Shown here: piece after piece, positions 25,700 to 38,550 of the stretch
Position numbering within the stretch: position 1 is the first letter of the stretch
Layout of the letters: every line of letters begins with the position of its first letter
Origin: Takakia lepidozioides
Lineage: Eukaryota; Plantae; Bryophyta
DNA length: 64,000 nt
NCBI GenBank assembly: GCA_030704615.1
Contig: CM060734.1
Span: forward strand, 59,830,001 to 59,894,000
Reading direction: 5' to 3'
Position numbers and translations under genes: made by a program
Notes under the pieces: generated by a model
What the model was told of the DNA's origin: nothing
Database searches by the model: none
Seen by the model: only the letters and a program-made list of their open reading frames with translations

Positions 25700-27006
25700 G
25701 TGGGAAGTAGTGCAACTGAAGCTGGGAATACTGTGAATATCGTGGGACCAGAAGCAAGGAGTGCTCAAGGGCCACCACTTGGTGGAAGATCCACCACAAA
25801 AACAACAGGTCCAGAAGGACCAGCACCAGCAAGGGTGCCAGCACCTGCCAGTGGGCAGAAGGTAGGGCCACAGATGGCGTTACAACCAACACGGGCAAAA
25901 CCACCCTTTCCAATATATTCAGGAAAAGGGGATCCCGATGTACACATTAGCCAATTTGAGCACATGTGTATAGTGAACAATGAGAATGGCGATGATGCCA
26001 AGATGAGACTGTTTCCTTGTTCACTTATCAAAAAAGCAAGTGAATGGTATGCAAGATTCCCTGATAATCATTTCCTAACCTGGAATGGCTTGAATACAGC
26101 ATTTCGAAATAGGTTCAGGACAAGTAAAACTGAGGATGAAGTGTATGGAAGTTTACAACAGCTGAAGCAGAAGAAGCATGAAACTGTTGAAGAGTATATG
26201 GAGAAGATGGAATTGAATAATGAAAAAGCTGGCTGCAGTACCAGCGCCCGGTTTACAGAAGACTTGGTTTGTGAGTGGATTAAGACCAGAGTTGCAAAAG
26301 AAAGTGGATATGTTACCCCATAATACAGTGGAGGAGGCATTTGAAACTGCGAACAGAATTGAGCAATTGGGAATGCTCAGGAGAGAGAAAAAGAAGATGA
26401 GGACTCTGAGGATGAGTCAGATGAAGAAGAAGAGCAAGAACTAAAAAGAAAGAGTAAGAGAAAGGAGAAGTTGAAGAGGGATAACTATGAAAAAAAATTG
26501 GAAGAAATCTTGAAGAAGTATGCCACAGAGGCTGCAACACATTGGAGGAAGGGTGTATGGTGTGCAAAGTGCCAGAATGAAGGCCATACCACCACAGAAT
26601 GCCACATGAAGGAGAAACACTGTACTATCTGTAAAATGGATAACCATTCTACTGAGAATTGTTACTACAACAGAAGGACAGCTGCAAGAGAACCTAGGCA
26701 AGTAAGGGTGCATCAGGTGCAGCCCCAGCCAAGAAGAAATAATGATCAGGACCACTATGGTAGGTCTGGTGGTTATAACAATGGCATGGAAGGAGAGGTA
26801 ATTCAAGAGGGAATTACCAAGGAAATTCCAGAGGCAACTATCAGGGTAATCCAAGGGGGAATTACCAGCCCGGGAATCAGGATTATAGAAATAATCCAAG
26901 AACAGACCAAGGGCGAGGACCCAATGGTGAAGAGCTATGTTACTATTGTAATCAGCCAGGACATCGCAAGGCAGCCTGTTCATTCTGGATAAGACACCAG
27001 AATGAG
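25700..27006 (+). pseudogene. gag: gag (capsid plus three CCHC zinc knuckles), frameshifted
   Basis: FPIYSGKGDPDVHISQF...KMRLFPCSL...ASEWY capsid segment. Knuckles CAKCQNEGHTTTEC, CTICKMDNHSTENC and, in another frame at ~26938, CYYCNQPGHRKAAC. Frameshifts near 26220, 26385 and 26790. Confidence 0.88.
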
Positions 27007-30000
27007 ATGAGAGCTCCTGTGAATGAGGGCCCAGTGGTGGCAGCTCACATGGTTAGGCCATGTGTTGTACCAGAAGTAAGTACAATGATAGTAACAAGAA
27101 GTAAAGCCAAACTAATACCTCCAGTAGAAGAGGAAGAAGATGAGAATGGAAGTGGCAATGATATGCCTGAAGATGAAGAGACTTGGAAAGATGAGAAGGA
27201 ACTGCACAAGGAAGTGGCAGATACTATAAGGGAAATGCAAAAGAGTACTGATATTCCTGTGGCAGATTCCTCTGATTCGGATGGAGAAAAAGAAGGGAGT
27301 GAGGAAGAAAGGAAAAAAAAAGATGCAGACATGCAAAGTAATGAAGAGACTTTGGCTGCAGTAATATGTCAGACCAAAGCAGAAATTACCATTGGACAGC
27401 TATTAGCTGTGGCACCTTATTGTAGGCACAGGCTGTATCAGGCAATCAATCGAATTGCCCAAGAGACAGGAAACACAGACCTGAACAGCAAGGTGACCAG
27501 TTATAATGTGAAGCCGGAAGGGCGAGAACCAGTCATGGACTTTGATGATTCTATGCCAGTAATCCAATTGAGAATTGGAAGCACAGAACTAACTGATGTA
27601 CTGATAGATGGTGGTTCTGGAGTAAATATCATGACAGACCAATTAAGGAAGAAGCTTGGTCTAAGTAACATGAAACCAGCCCCATTTACAGTAACAATGG
27701 CAGATCAAAGAAGTGTACAGCCATTGGGATTAATAAGAGGAGTTAAGATACAGATACAGAAAATGATCTTTATGATCACAGTAACTGTATTAAAAATGGA
27801 TGAAGTCATGGAGGCTTACTCCTTATTATTGGGACGTCCGTGGCTGAAACAGGCCAGGGTATTCCATGACTGGAATTCTCAGTTACTAACTGTGCATAAT
27901 GGGATGCACGAGATACAAATTACCACAAAGAAATCTAGTAGATTACCTGCTACAAGAAGACCTCGAGGAGTCAGAGAGTATGACTGGAGAGGAGGACTGG
28001 ATGAGGAGCAGGAAGCTACCCTATTTGCTGCACACCCAGAATGGGAGCAGGTTGCGGAGATGCGGCTGGAAAGCCTAAGTTGTTTAAGAGGTATCTGCTG
28101 TGGTGTAGTGTCGCAACACCAATTGAAGAGGAAACCAGCTGTTACCCACCACATTTCTATGAAGAAAGGAGGGAGAGATAGAAATCCTAGAAGAACCAGC
28201 CACTGTGAGCTTAAAGGATGAAGTGGTGACTGGTTGGACAATCACAGCTGATGAGCAGGTGAGAGAAGTAAATGTGGGAACTCAGGAGGAACCGAGAATG
28301 GTGAAAGTAGGAGCTGATTTGGAGCCGGAATTCTTCGAAGAAGCTAAAAGCTTGTTCATCAAATACAGAGATGTATTTGCTTGGAGCTATGAGGATCTAA
28401 AAGGGATACCACCTGAAGTCTGTCAGCATAAGATTGAACTGGAACCAGGGTCAGTACCAATCAAGCAGGCGAGGTATAGAATGAATCCCAACTACGCACA
28501 GAAGGTTGGAGAAGAGATAAAGAAGTTGGCTGAGGCTAAGTTTATATACCCAATAGAGTATACAACTTGGTTGTCACCCATTGTTATAGTTCCAAAGAAG
28601 AATGGCAAACTAAGAGTATGTGTGAACTATAAGAAGCTGAATGCTTGTACGAAGAAAGATCCTTTCCCTTTGCCATTCACAGAAGCAGTATTAGACACTG
28701 TGGCAGGCCATGAGATGTACTCATTCATGGATGGCTTCAGTGGTTATAATCAAGTGCAAGTGGCAGAAGAAGACCAAGGGAAAACAGCTTTCATCACAGA
28801 CTGGGGGGCTTATGCATACAAAGTCATGCCCTTTGGACTTTGTAATGCACCAGCGACCTTTCAGAGAGTGATAAGTGAATCTTTTCATGAGTATCTGGAT
28901 GATTTCATGCAGGTGTTTTGGATGATTTCAGTGTGTACAGCTCTAAGAATGAGCACTTGCATAAATTGGAGTTATGCCTGGCCAGATGCAGGATGAGAGG
29001 TCTGGGCTTGAATCCAGAGAAGTGTACTTTCTGTGTGAACTCAGGGGTGCTTCTGGGACACATTGTGTGTAAGAAGGGACTTCTTGTGGATCCCAGGAAG
29101 ACAGAGTCCATTAAAGTCTCTCCACCACCAGTGAATGTTAAGAGTTTAAGGAGATTCCTTGGGCAAACCAGTTATTACAGAAGATTTGTCAAAAGGTATG
29201 CACAAATAGCAGCACCATTGAGCAAGCTTCTGAAGAAAGATGCAGTGTTTGCCTGGACAGCTGAATGTCAACAGGCGTTTGAGGAACTTACACTGTCAGT
29301 AACAACTACACCTGTGCTGATTAACCCTCACTGGCATGTAGTATTTCATGTTCACTGCGATGCATCAGGAGAAGCGTTGGGTGCGGTGTTAGCCCAGAAT
29401 GTTACAGGAATATAGATTCACCTGTGTACTATGCTAGCCGATTGATGAACAGTGCTGAGAGGAACTATAGTACAACGGAAAGAGAAGCATTGGCAATGAT
29501 TTATGCAGTCAAGAAATTCAGGCATTACCTATTGGGAAGAAAGTTTATGTTTTATGTGGATCACCAGGCTCTGATATATCTGGTGAACAAACCTTTGATA
29601 AGTGGAAGGATAGCGAGGTGGTTAATAATCTTGCATGAGTTTGAGTTCGAGGTTATTTACAAGCCTGGCCGTTTGCATCTTGTGGCAGATCATTTGTCAC
29701 GACTAACAACAGGAGAGGCCGCCACAGGAGTGGACGATCAGTTACCTGATGCGAGTTTATTTGTAATGGAGGTGCAAGGAAGTGCAGATGAATGGTTAGA
29801 TTGGCAGTGGCCAATCAGATACTACCTTGCTCATGGTCAGTGCCCACCTAGTTATGGTAAGGAGCAGAGGAAGAGAATTGCTATCAGAGCTTTACCTTAT
29901 ACTATGGTAGGAAGCAGAATGTATAAGTTAGGACCTGATGGAGTACTAAAACGATGCTTGTACCACCATGAAGTAAATAAAGTCTTGGAGGAAGTTCATA

Positions 30001-31391
30001 AAGGAGTGGCTGGAGGTCATTTTGGAGAAGAGACTACCAGTAGAAAGATACTACTCGCAGGATACTGGTGGCCTACTTTGTTCAAAGATGTACATGAGTA
30101 TTGTCAGAAGTGTGATGAATGTCAGAGGCTAGGACCTTTGCAGAGATCTGGAAGAATGGCCTTGCATCCTACAATGCCTACGGAACCATTTCAGAAATGG
30201 GGACTAGACTTTGTTGGACCAATTAATCCACCATCCAAGAATACACGAAACAGGTACATAATTACAGCCACTGATTATACTACAAAGTGGGTGGAAGCTA
30301 AAGCTTTGAGGGACAACACAGCCAAGTCCACAGCAAGGTTCCTGTACGAGAACATACTTACACGATTTGGATGTCCCTTAGAATTTATCAGTGATCAAGG
30401 AAGTCACTTCATGAATGAGACCATTGAGTTGTTGACTAAAGAGTTTATGATTGTGCATAGAAAGAGTACAACATATTACCCACAGGGTAATGGGCAGGCA
30501 GAGGCTACCAACAAAATACTATGTACTATCTTGGCTAAGATAGTCAATGCAAACAGAACGGATTGGGATACAAAGCTGCTGACAGCTTTGTGGTCATACA
30601 GGACTTCATATAAAGTCACCACTAAGTATACACCATTCCAATTAGTTTATGGTATGGAAGCCTTACTTCCAGTGGAATTCCTGTTACCTACCATGAGAAC
30701 GGAGTGGGGAAAAAGAATGGAATTGCAAGACTCCATCAAGGTCAGGAAACATGAATTATACCATGTGGAAGAAGTACGTGCTGATGCAGCTGATAATATG
30801 ACCAGAATTCAGATGAAGCGAAAGGAACAGTTTGATGAAGGCAAGTTAAAGACTTTTAAGACGGGGGATTTGGTTCTATGGTTGCAGAAGAAAGGAAAGA
30901 TTCAAGCTTCTAAGCTCAAATCACCGTGGAAAGGACCTTATGTCATACAAAAGATGTATGATAACAACACCGCCATGTTACAAACCATTAACAAAGAAAT
31001 GCTGGGAAGAGTGAATGCAAATAAGTTGAAGGGGTACAGTGGTATCCATGACAAACCCCTGCAGCATGATTTGCATGTTGAACCGCAAGAGCAGTCACGG
31101 GCTGCACCAGTGTTACGAACGGAGTATGGAACACTTGTTGCTAGGCCCAGCATATACGACCAGGGTGGGCAAAACAAACGTGACACAGCCTATCACAGCC
31201 CGCCAAGGCGCAACACAGCCTATCACAGCCCATCACGACGTGACACAGCCAACCACAGCCCATCACGACGTGACACAGCCTATCACAGCCCACACGACGC
31301 AACACAGCCTATACAACATACCACAGCGTGTCACAGCCTATCACAGCTTACCACAGTGCATCACAGCCTATCACAGGGTAACACAGTATGA
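27007..31391 (+). pseudogene. pol: pol: protease, RT, RNase H, integrase (frameshifts near 28200 and 28917, TAG at 29413)
   Basis: Protease LIDGGSGVN; RT MDGFSGYNQ, MPFGLCNAPATF, F(L)DDF; RNase H CDASG...YYASR...TEREALA; integrase HH-CC zinc finger, WGLDFVGP, SDQGSHF, NGQAE and WKGPY. Confidence 0.95.
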
Positions 31392-32261
31392 CACAGCCTG
31401 TCACAGCTCAACACAGCCTACTAAAGTTACACGAACCATAGAATCAGTGACAAGTGGACACATAAAAACTTCAGGAAAATGGATGACGGAAGAGGAAACG
31501 GAAATTACTTTAAAAATAGACACGTGGAGGTCAGGGTGCGACACACAGCAGAGAATGAAGTGCAAGGACAGGTGTCAAAAAGAAAGAGGAAAAGAACGGC
31601 CGTCAAATGGGATGAAAGGCGGGCCCATTAATGAATACGGAAAAAGGGAAACAGAACGAACGGCAAGTACAGAAAAGCTGAATTCATGTCGCATGTGTGA
31701 TCCTAGTGGACTATCCAACAGGGAAAGTCCACTAAAGAAGATAAAAGTTAAAATCCAGTCACAGCATACAGCCAATAGAAAACCAGAGAAATGATCAAGA
31801 AAATGGAAGAAAATTGGCGCAAGAGGCGGCGTCGTTCTGAGTAACGGGCGTCTCGACAGGACAGGCCATAAATGCTATAACTTGGAAACTATGGAGGAAC
31901 TAACAGACTATACGCTCGCAATATTACTTACGCAATGGCATAGACACGAAACGAAAGAGCAGAGCTTTTCTCTTGAACAATGCTTGCAAGCCCCGCAGGC
32001 TTACAAGAGATTACCCATAGCTTTCTGCGGCAACCATACGTTTCTGCTTTGTGCACTACAGGCATTCCTGCAGTTGTTACAGCCAAAGCAGTTCTGTGAG
32101 TCTAAGATGAAGAGAGTGAGAGGAATGGAGGAAATCAGGGTGAAGAGCACCACAATTCTGCAGAAACAAACGATGGCTACCCCACAGGCGATAAAGATAC
32201 TGGAGGAGCTGAGATTGGAAGGATTGCAAAGCTAGATTGGACACTACACCATAGACAGTAC

Positions 32262-35200
32262 ATGTTACAATTTTTGCAGAACTTTGAGCCAAGGACAGGA
32301 ACAACAACGGTGAAGGGAGTTGAATTAATGATTACTCCCCTATACCTCCAGCAATTGTTTCGATTGCCAGCAGGTCAGGTGCATGTGGGGGAACACAGGG
32401 CAAGACTGCAAATAGGGGACTTATTCCAAGAAGGGAGTTTCTTTAAAACTCAGGGTTATGCTTGTACCAAAGCTGTGTACCCAGGGTTAAAAGAGATAGG
32501 CCAGGTATTGAACGTTCTGTTTGCCCTGAAACAGAACCAACAATATTTGAGCAGATCCTTCACAGAGGAAATACTCAAAGGCCTGAAGGGACAAGAGGTA
32601 CAATGGGCGGACATAATGTACAACGCACTAGTAGAGGAGATGAAAAGATTACAAGGTACTACCGCAAAGTCTCCTATCATAGTGTCTGGCCCAATCATTG
32701 CTCAAATAATCCTTAATTCTGGCATACTTAATGCACAAGAAAGGAAGGAAATGGGAGTGTTTGAGCCAGAAACAACTGCAATGGAAGAGCAAGGCTCTTC
32801 ACACAGTGAGGGTGGACTAGCAGCACAACCCGAGACTAAGAGGCAGAGAAGGGGAAAGACTGTAGTGGCGGATCCACTGGCTTCACGGATTCCGCATGAT
32901 AATGTTTCCCAAGCTCATGACCAGGAAGGGGCACAGCAGCACAAAAGAATGTTATTACTGGAAGCAGGACCTTCAGAGAGGGAGGAGGAAGTTACTTCTG
33001 CATCACAGCCAACACAGCCACTTGAACGACTTGTCACAAGGTCACAAGTTATCCATGCAGCTCAACCCGAAATAATTGATTTGGAAAGTGAAGGGATAGA
33101 GATTCCAACTACAGAACAGATAGTGGCAGAAATAGAGAAAGGGGACCTTCTCTATGAATATTCTGGTCTGGTCAAGGAGACAGAAATCCCAGAGGTGCAA
33201 CAGTTGCCCAAGAGAAATCCTGAGGTGCATATAATGCACACACCTGTGTTGGAGGTACCACAGGCGGAAGGTCATGACACTGTAACACCAGTCATAGATG
33301 AAGTAGTTCAGGAAGAAAATCCGGTGGGACAATGGCCTGAATGGTTAGTGAGACATCATACTGTTGAAGATCGGGAGGAACAGCAGCAACCTCACCATGA
33401 TGACCCTCAACAGGCAATGCTGATGAGTTCCATAGGCAGGACACTTAATTTGTTGGGGACTTATGTCAAATCCCATGTTCCAATTACCCAATTGACAGCC
33501 TTGAAAGAGGAACTCAGGAAGGAGTTTGAGGCTCGACTTGCCACTGAGTGTGCAAACAAGGTCGATGAAGAGGTCACTCTCAAGATGAAGCAGGACTTGG
33601 GCAATACAGAAATGGCTTTGCAGTTGGCCAAGCAACAATTGATTGAGGCAAACCTCGCGCAAGACCAGTTGCACGAAGCACATAAGCAACAGCTATACCA
33701 AATGCAGGTGCAGCATGAAAGCAAGTTGCAAGAACTGAATGCACTACATACGGAGTTGCAGACAGTGCATAACAGGATGGCGATACAATGTGCTACATTT
33801 ACAACTATGCTTGACCAATCAACAAAAGAAATAAACAGTCAAGCGGAAAAATGTACGAAGGCAGAAGAAGAGAATGTTGAGCAAATGAAGCTCATTGTCG
33901 ATATGAAGAATACAATCTGTCGCCATGAAGATACTTTCAAGCAATACAGGCAGAGGGAAGCTGATCAAGAGAAACACATCGTGGAGTTGCAACAAACCAT
34001 CGTGGCCAATAGAAATGAAATCGCGGTCAGTAACAAGGCTTCGAAGGAAGCCAATAATCTACTTGCTGCCTATGCGCAATTGGTTGAGCCACAGGCGAAG
34101 CGCATGGAGGCTTTACAACAGCAGTTGGAATTGTACAAGCTAAGAGAAGAGCAAACTCTCAGGGGAACCACAAGCAGCTTGGTGGATAACAGCCTTATGC
34201 AGGTCTGGTTAGCACAAGGGCCAGTAGAGGGCAAAAGCCCACGGAAGCTCACCCAAAGCGAGATGAATGAGCTCAGACTGCAGGTGCAGAACATTGCCAC
34301 AACTACTATAGACAATGTCTATAGTAGGATAGCAGAGTTACAAGAGGATGTAGACGGACTCCAGACTCAAGTGGAAGACCTCACTTCAAACATCGACCAA
34401 AGAGTCTATATCCCTCAAGAACAGCTAATGGCTTCTTATTTGCAAGCCAGAACTCTGGCTTTTCAGTCTTCACAGGAGGTGCAGGAGATGCCAATGATAC
34501 AGGAGCCAGTACCACCACCACCACAACAGGTCACTGTACCAGTAGCTGAACCTGTGGTTACTACAACCACACCACAGCCACCACAGCCGGAGGTATGGGG
34601 CAATGCCGCTTTTAACCCACCTAAAACTCCAGCTGCAAGGGAGTACAGCAGGGCTATGCTTATGCCCTTCAACCAAATTCCCATCATGTTGGATTTGGCT
34701 TGGAAAGAATTTAGTCCTCCGCAGTCATTCGCACATTACTACCAAATCATGCGTATTTGGCTGCCAGTGGCAACTAGGACTAAAGTTCTTCCAAACAATC
34801 GACATATTGAAGATCATCACTTTGCACAATACTGGCACGAGGCAGGTACCATGTTGAGGGAATTGGTTGCTTTCCAGGTTGTACATGGACTCATTTATAC
34901 CAAGACCAAGGAGATAGCAAGTATTGTCATGGGGTGCGGGCTATACTACGCTGCTTGTTTTCTGGTACGTTACCACATTGAGCAACAAAAGATGCAAACA
35001 CGCTTTCAAAGTTACTCCAGTGGAGATCATTGGGTATTACCTTCGGTGCCACCTCATATGTACCTATATGACCCAAAAGTTATGATGCAGAAGGATTCTC
35101 AAATTCGTTCATGGTTTCAAGCAGCCTGCAACCAATTGTCAACACAGAAATTCGGACTTGATGACATTTTCTATAAGGGACATGTGGCATGGAAGTACTT

Positions 35201-35285
35201 GCACGCTGCACCAGTAATTGGTACCCCACTCATCTGGACAGACAAGGAGCTCAGTGCCTACACCAATTTTGCTGTTCACGGTTAA
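32262..35285 (+). CDS. Large extra ORF (1007 aa) between pol and the 3' LTR; coiled-coil protein of unknown function
   Basis: Long open frame with a TVKGVELMITPLYLQQLFRLP N-terminal motif, a long Q/E/K coiled-coil and a globular C-terminus. It probably extends upstream to ~32107 via a frameshift at ~32228 and downstream to 35657 past a single TAA. Confidence 0.8.
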   Translation: MLQFLQNFEPRTGTTTVKGVELMITPLYLQQLFRLPAGQVHVGEHRARLQIGDLFQEGSFFKTQGYACTKAVYPGLKEIGQVLNVLFALKQNQQYLSRSFTEEILKGLKGQEVQWADIMYNALVEEMKRLQGTTAKSPIIVSGPIIAQIILNSGILNAQERKEMGVFEPETTAMEEQGSSHSEGGLAAQPETKRQRRGKTVVADPLASRIPHDNVSQAHDQEGAQQHKRMLLLEAGPSEREEEVTSASQPTQPLERLVTRSQVIHAAQPEIIDLESEGIEIPTTEQIVAEIEKGDLLYEYSGLVKETEIPEVQQLPKRNPEVHIMHTPVLEVPQAEGHDTVTPVIDEVVQEENPVGQWPEWLVRHHTVEDREEQQQPHHDDPQQAMLMSSIGRTLNLLGTYVKSHVPITQLTALKEELRKEFEARLATECANKVDEEVTLKMKQDLGNTEMALQLAKQQLIEANLAQDQLHEAHKQQLYQMQVQHESKLQELNALHTELQTVHNRMAIQCATFTTMLDQSTKEINSQAEKCTKAEEENVEQMKLIVDMKNTICRHEDTFKQYRQREADQEKHIVELQQTIVANRNEIAVSNKASKEANNLLAAYAQLVEPQAKRMEALQQQLELYKLREEQTLRGTTSSLVDNSLMQVWLAQGPVEGKSPRKLTQSEMNELRLQVQNIATTTIDNVYSRIAELQEDVDGLQTQVEDLTSNIDQRVYIPQEQLMASYLQARTLAFQSSQEVQEMPMIQEPVPPPPQQVTVPVAEPVVTTTTPQPPQPEVWGNAAFNPPKTPAAREYSRAMLMPFNQIPIMLDLAWKEFSPPQSFAHYYQIMRIWLPVATRTKVLPNNRHIEDHHFAQYWHEAGTMLRELVAFQVVHGLIYTKTKEIASIVMGCGLYYAACFLVRYHIEQQKMQTRFQSYSSGDHWVLPSVPPHMYLYDPKVMMQKDSQIRSWFQAACNQLSTQKFGLDDIFYKGHVAWKYLHAAPVIGTPLIWTDKELSAYTNFAVHG

Positions 35286-35678
35286 CACCAAGTTGTAAAA
35301 TACAAACTTCCAGACATGGTAGGACAGCATTGTATGCCCCAGATGATTCCACAAAAAGTTCGAAAATTAAAACACCTGAGAGGCGATGAGGATTCTGATA
35401 CAACTGTTTCTTCACACAATTCTTTTGACATGGGAGAAGACTATGCAATTCAGATGGAAGAGAAGAAACAAAGGGGATCTCCTATGCCGGAAAGATTACC
35501 TCGATATCAGCCTCCAGAAGGCCTCACTTATCCAGGTAGTGATCAACCATCTCCATCAACCAGAGACAGACCTCGGGCTCGTACACACAGCCCACCACGA
35601 AACTCTCAACGTCAACAAGGTGCTCACTCACAAAGGTTTGCTACTCGGAAACAGTAAACCGTGAGGACACGGCTTTTT

Positions 35679-35695
35679 GAGGGGGGAAGGGGTAA
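35679..35695 (+). promoter_or_regulatory. Polypurine tract
   Basis: gaggggggaaggggtaa immediately before the 3' LTR. Confidence 0.9.
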
Positions 35696-36892
35696 TGTTA
35701 GAGGACTGTAGGGGACTTAGACACTTATACGGGATCTGTAGGGTACCCTTAATTTTTGCACAGACTGAGACCAACAGGAGCCTTAGGGGTGACAGCAGCG
35801 CACTGTAGAGGGGGGTTACATAGCCCACACAGCCAACACAGCAGTCATAGCCCACACAGCCGACACAGCAGTCACAGGCCACACAGCCAACACAGCCCGT
35901 CACAGTCGTCACAGCCCACACAGCCCGTCACAGTCGTCACAGCCCACACAGCCGACACAGCCCACACAGCCCGTCACAGTCGTCACAGTAGACACAGCCC
36001 ACACAGCCGACACAGCAGTCACAGCCCACACAGCCGACACAGCAGTCACAGGCCACACAGCCAACACAGCCCGTCACAGTCGTCACAGCCCACACAGCCC
36101 GTCACGGTCACAGCCCACACAGCCGACACAGCACACAGCCCGTCACAGTCGTCACAGCAGACACAGCCCACACAGCCAGTCACAGCCCGGCACAGCCACA
36201 CAGCCAGTCACAGCCCGACACAGCCAAACACAGCCAGTCACCGCTTGACACAGCTGTCACGATAATAGGGAACGAAGAGTATGACAGGGAACGACTGTGG
36301 GGAACAACACCTGTGAAGGGAACATGTTAGTTCACATACGACGGTTAGAGAGGGAAACGGTTAGAACCGCGGATAGGAGGATAAAGGGAGAAACGGGGAA
36401 TGAAGGGGGATCATCATTATTCGGAGGGGGACTTCGGAGTCAGGCAGGAGCGGAGATCGGAGGCAAGAGATGGAGAGCACGATGAAGGAGGAGAGAGGAT
36501 TAGTAGATGCTTGTTATATGCAAAGCTGTAGTGATATTGGAGAGCAGATTAGAGACATAATGACTTCGGCCTGATACCTGATAAATCATAATCTGATACT
36601 TATACGATACAATCACACTGTGTAGAGAGATCTGAGAGAAGCTGTGGATTGAATGGATGAGTGAAGGAAACCGATAGATTGATGAAGCAAACTGATACTT
36701 AATTATCAATGCCAAAGGTAGCTAAGATGAATGCGAAAAGGGAAACGCATAGGAAACACCCCCATGATACACTAGCTGTAGGTCATGACTGATTGTTCTG
36801 CGCGGGCTGAGTACTTAGAGATTTCCAACTCTTCTATCTTGGAGTTTCCGCCTCGGATAGCGAAGGGATGGGTGAGTAAAAGCCGCGCGACA
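35696..36892 (+). repeat. 3' LTR (1197 bp)
   Basis: Same termini as the 5' LTR; the length difference lies almost entirely in the CACAG array (~35818-36258). Confidence 0.97.
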
Positions 36893-38399
36893 ATAGGCAG
36901 ATATGCATTTCAATGCATTTTAGGTTTATGCTCCTTTGATTTAAACCTATTGAATGCCCATTTTTCATCCTGGTCTGATACCATCCATACCGGATGGTGG
37001 ATGAAATCGCGGGTGGTTTTCCTTTAAGTGTCTCTCTGCCCTAGACACAGCACGATATCGTGCGTGTTTTTTTTCTCTGGAAGAGGGCGATGGCGGACGA
37101 ATGCTCGATGGCGGCTGAATGCCCGAGCAGCAAGATCCGAACGGGTGTGTTCTTGTTTTTTGAACGCGCGATGACGGCAGACACTTTCATCTCCCGCGAT
37201 GGCAAATGACATACTGTTATGTTTGCCTACGTTTTTTCCTCATTGATGAAGCAGCGGCGGTTATGGAGGTGGGGAAGCGGCTTGTATTACAAGATACAAC
37301 CTGTCCTCAACTCTCTTCCCGTTGCATTCTGTTGTGCTCGTTCAAATTCAGATGATGACAGTGCAGCGTCCTACTCCACAAAAGATTGAGGTTCTTTGTG
37401 GTGTCACATCTATGCTTTCTTCTGCTGGTTCTGTGATCTTTGCATGCTTTATGGCTCATACCTGACATGGATAGCAACTGTGAAATCCTGTAATTCACCT
37501 CGCGCATCCTCACTAACGCACAAAACATTTTTTGTGTTTGTTTTTGGACGGGTGCAGGTGAGGGATTTCACTTGGCATAAACTCTTTGGCTTGCAGATGA
37601 TCTGGTTACTGCAGGAGGGATAAGATATGCTGCAAGCTGCCGTTGTTGCAATTTTCTGCTTCAAAGCTGCTTCAAGGGGGATATGCTTTAAACCTTTACT
37701 TTGATTTCTGGTTCTTGGTAACCAAATCTGTTAAGTCAGGGAAGTAAATGGGCTGGGCCTCCTAGAAATCAGACCTTATTGTGAAGGTTCGGGCTGGTTG
37801 TGATGACAAGGGTTGGTGATGCAAGTGTGACATTGGATGCATTTTTCCAGACCTGTTTTCTGGCCTTTTGGAGAGTCAGACAGTGCTGTTTATGCCTCAC
37901 CAGTTTAGAATGTATTAAGTAAGGCATTGGGTAAGCCTTTTTAAGAACACATACATTCTTTCAGGCTCCCCCATGGAGATTATAACCTGATTACAGACTG
38001 GTATTTTTGAGGATCTCTCTAAAACTTGGCAGAGTGACTGGATAAGGCCCTGGGATACATACCATAGCCCTGCATCTACTTATGGAAGTCCAATCAGTTC
38101 AGCTTGTGCTTTTAGGAACATACAAGTCCTTTAAAGCTGTAATAGGGAATTGTTTTCATCAAAGCTCTCACTCTTAGGCCTGCTGGAATGGTTTTCTCAA
38201 AGACCTGTTGAGCTTACAACATACTTGTTTAAGCTATTTGAACCCAAGAATTACCAAGCCAGTATTTTTAAAGGGCTTTTTTGATTACAAACTGTATTCT
38301 TAAGCTCCCCCCAGAGATTGGGAATGTGACATGGTAATGACTCTCTCTCTCTCTCTCTCCTCCTCTGATACATGATACATATATACATGATACATATAT

Positions 38400-38550
38400 A
38401 CATGATTTGTGCAGAGGCATGGATAGCTGAAGGAGCAGGGATAGAGTGCATGGGTCCAGATTCATCCAAGAGGGCCGATTTCAATCTCCAGATTACATAT
38501 GATTCCCTGTGGAAGGATAGCTACAAGAAACCTGCATGAATAGATGATCA
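38400..38550 (+). pseudogene. PDF-motif exon fragment inside the CACTA; near-identical inverse copy of ~14270-14420
   Basis: atccaagagggccgatttcaatctccagattacatatgattccctgtggaaggatagctacaagaaacctgcatg encodes PRG-PDFNLQITYDSLWKDSYKKPA. Confidence 0.8.

Larger units (their letters stand above)
23282..36892 (+). mobile_element. Full-length Ty3/gypsy LTR retrotransposon (13.6 kb; non-chromovirus-like, with extra ORF)
   Basis: TG...CA LTRs at 23282-24436 and 35696-36892. 5-bp TSD ATAGG at 23277-23281 and 36893-36897. PBS and PPT present; gag-PR-RT-RH-INT order; no chromodomain seen. Confidence 0.97.
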
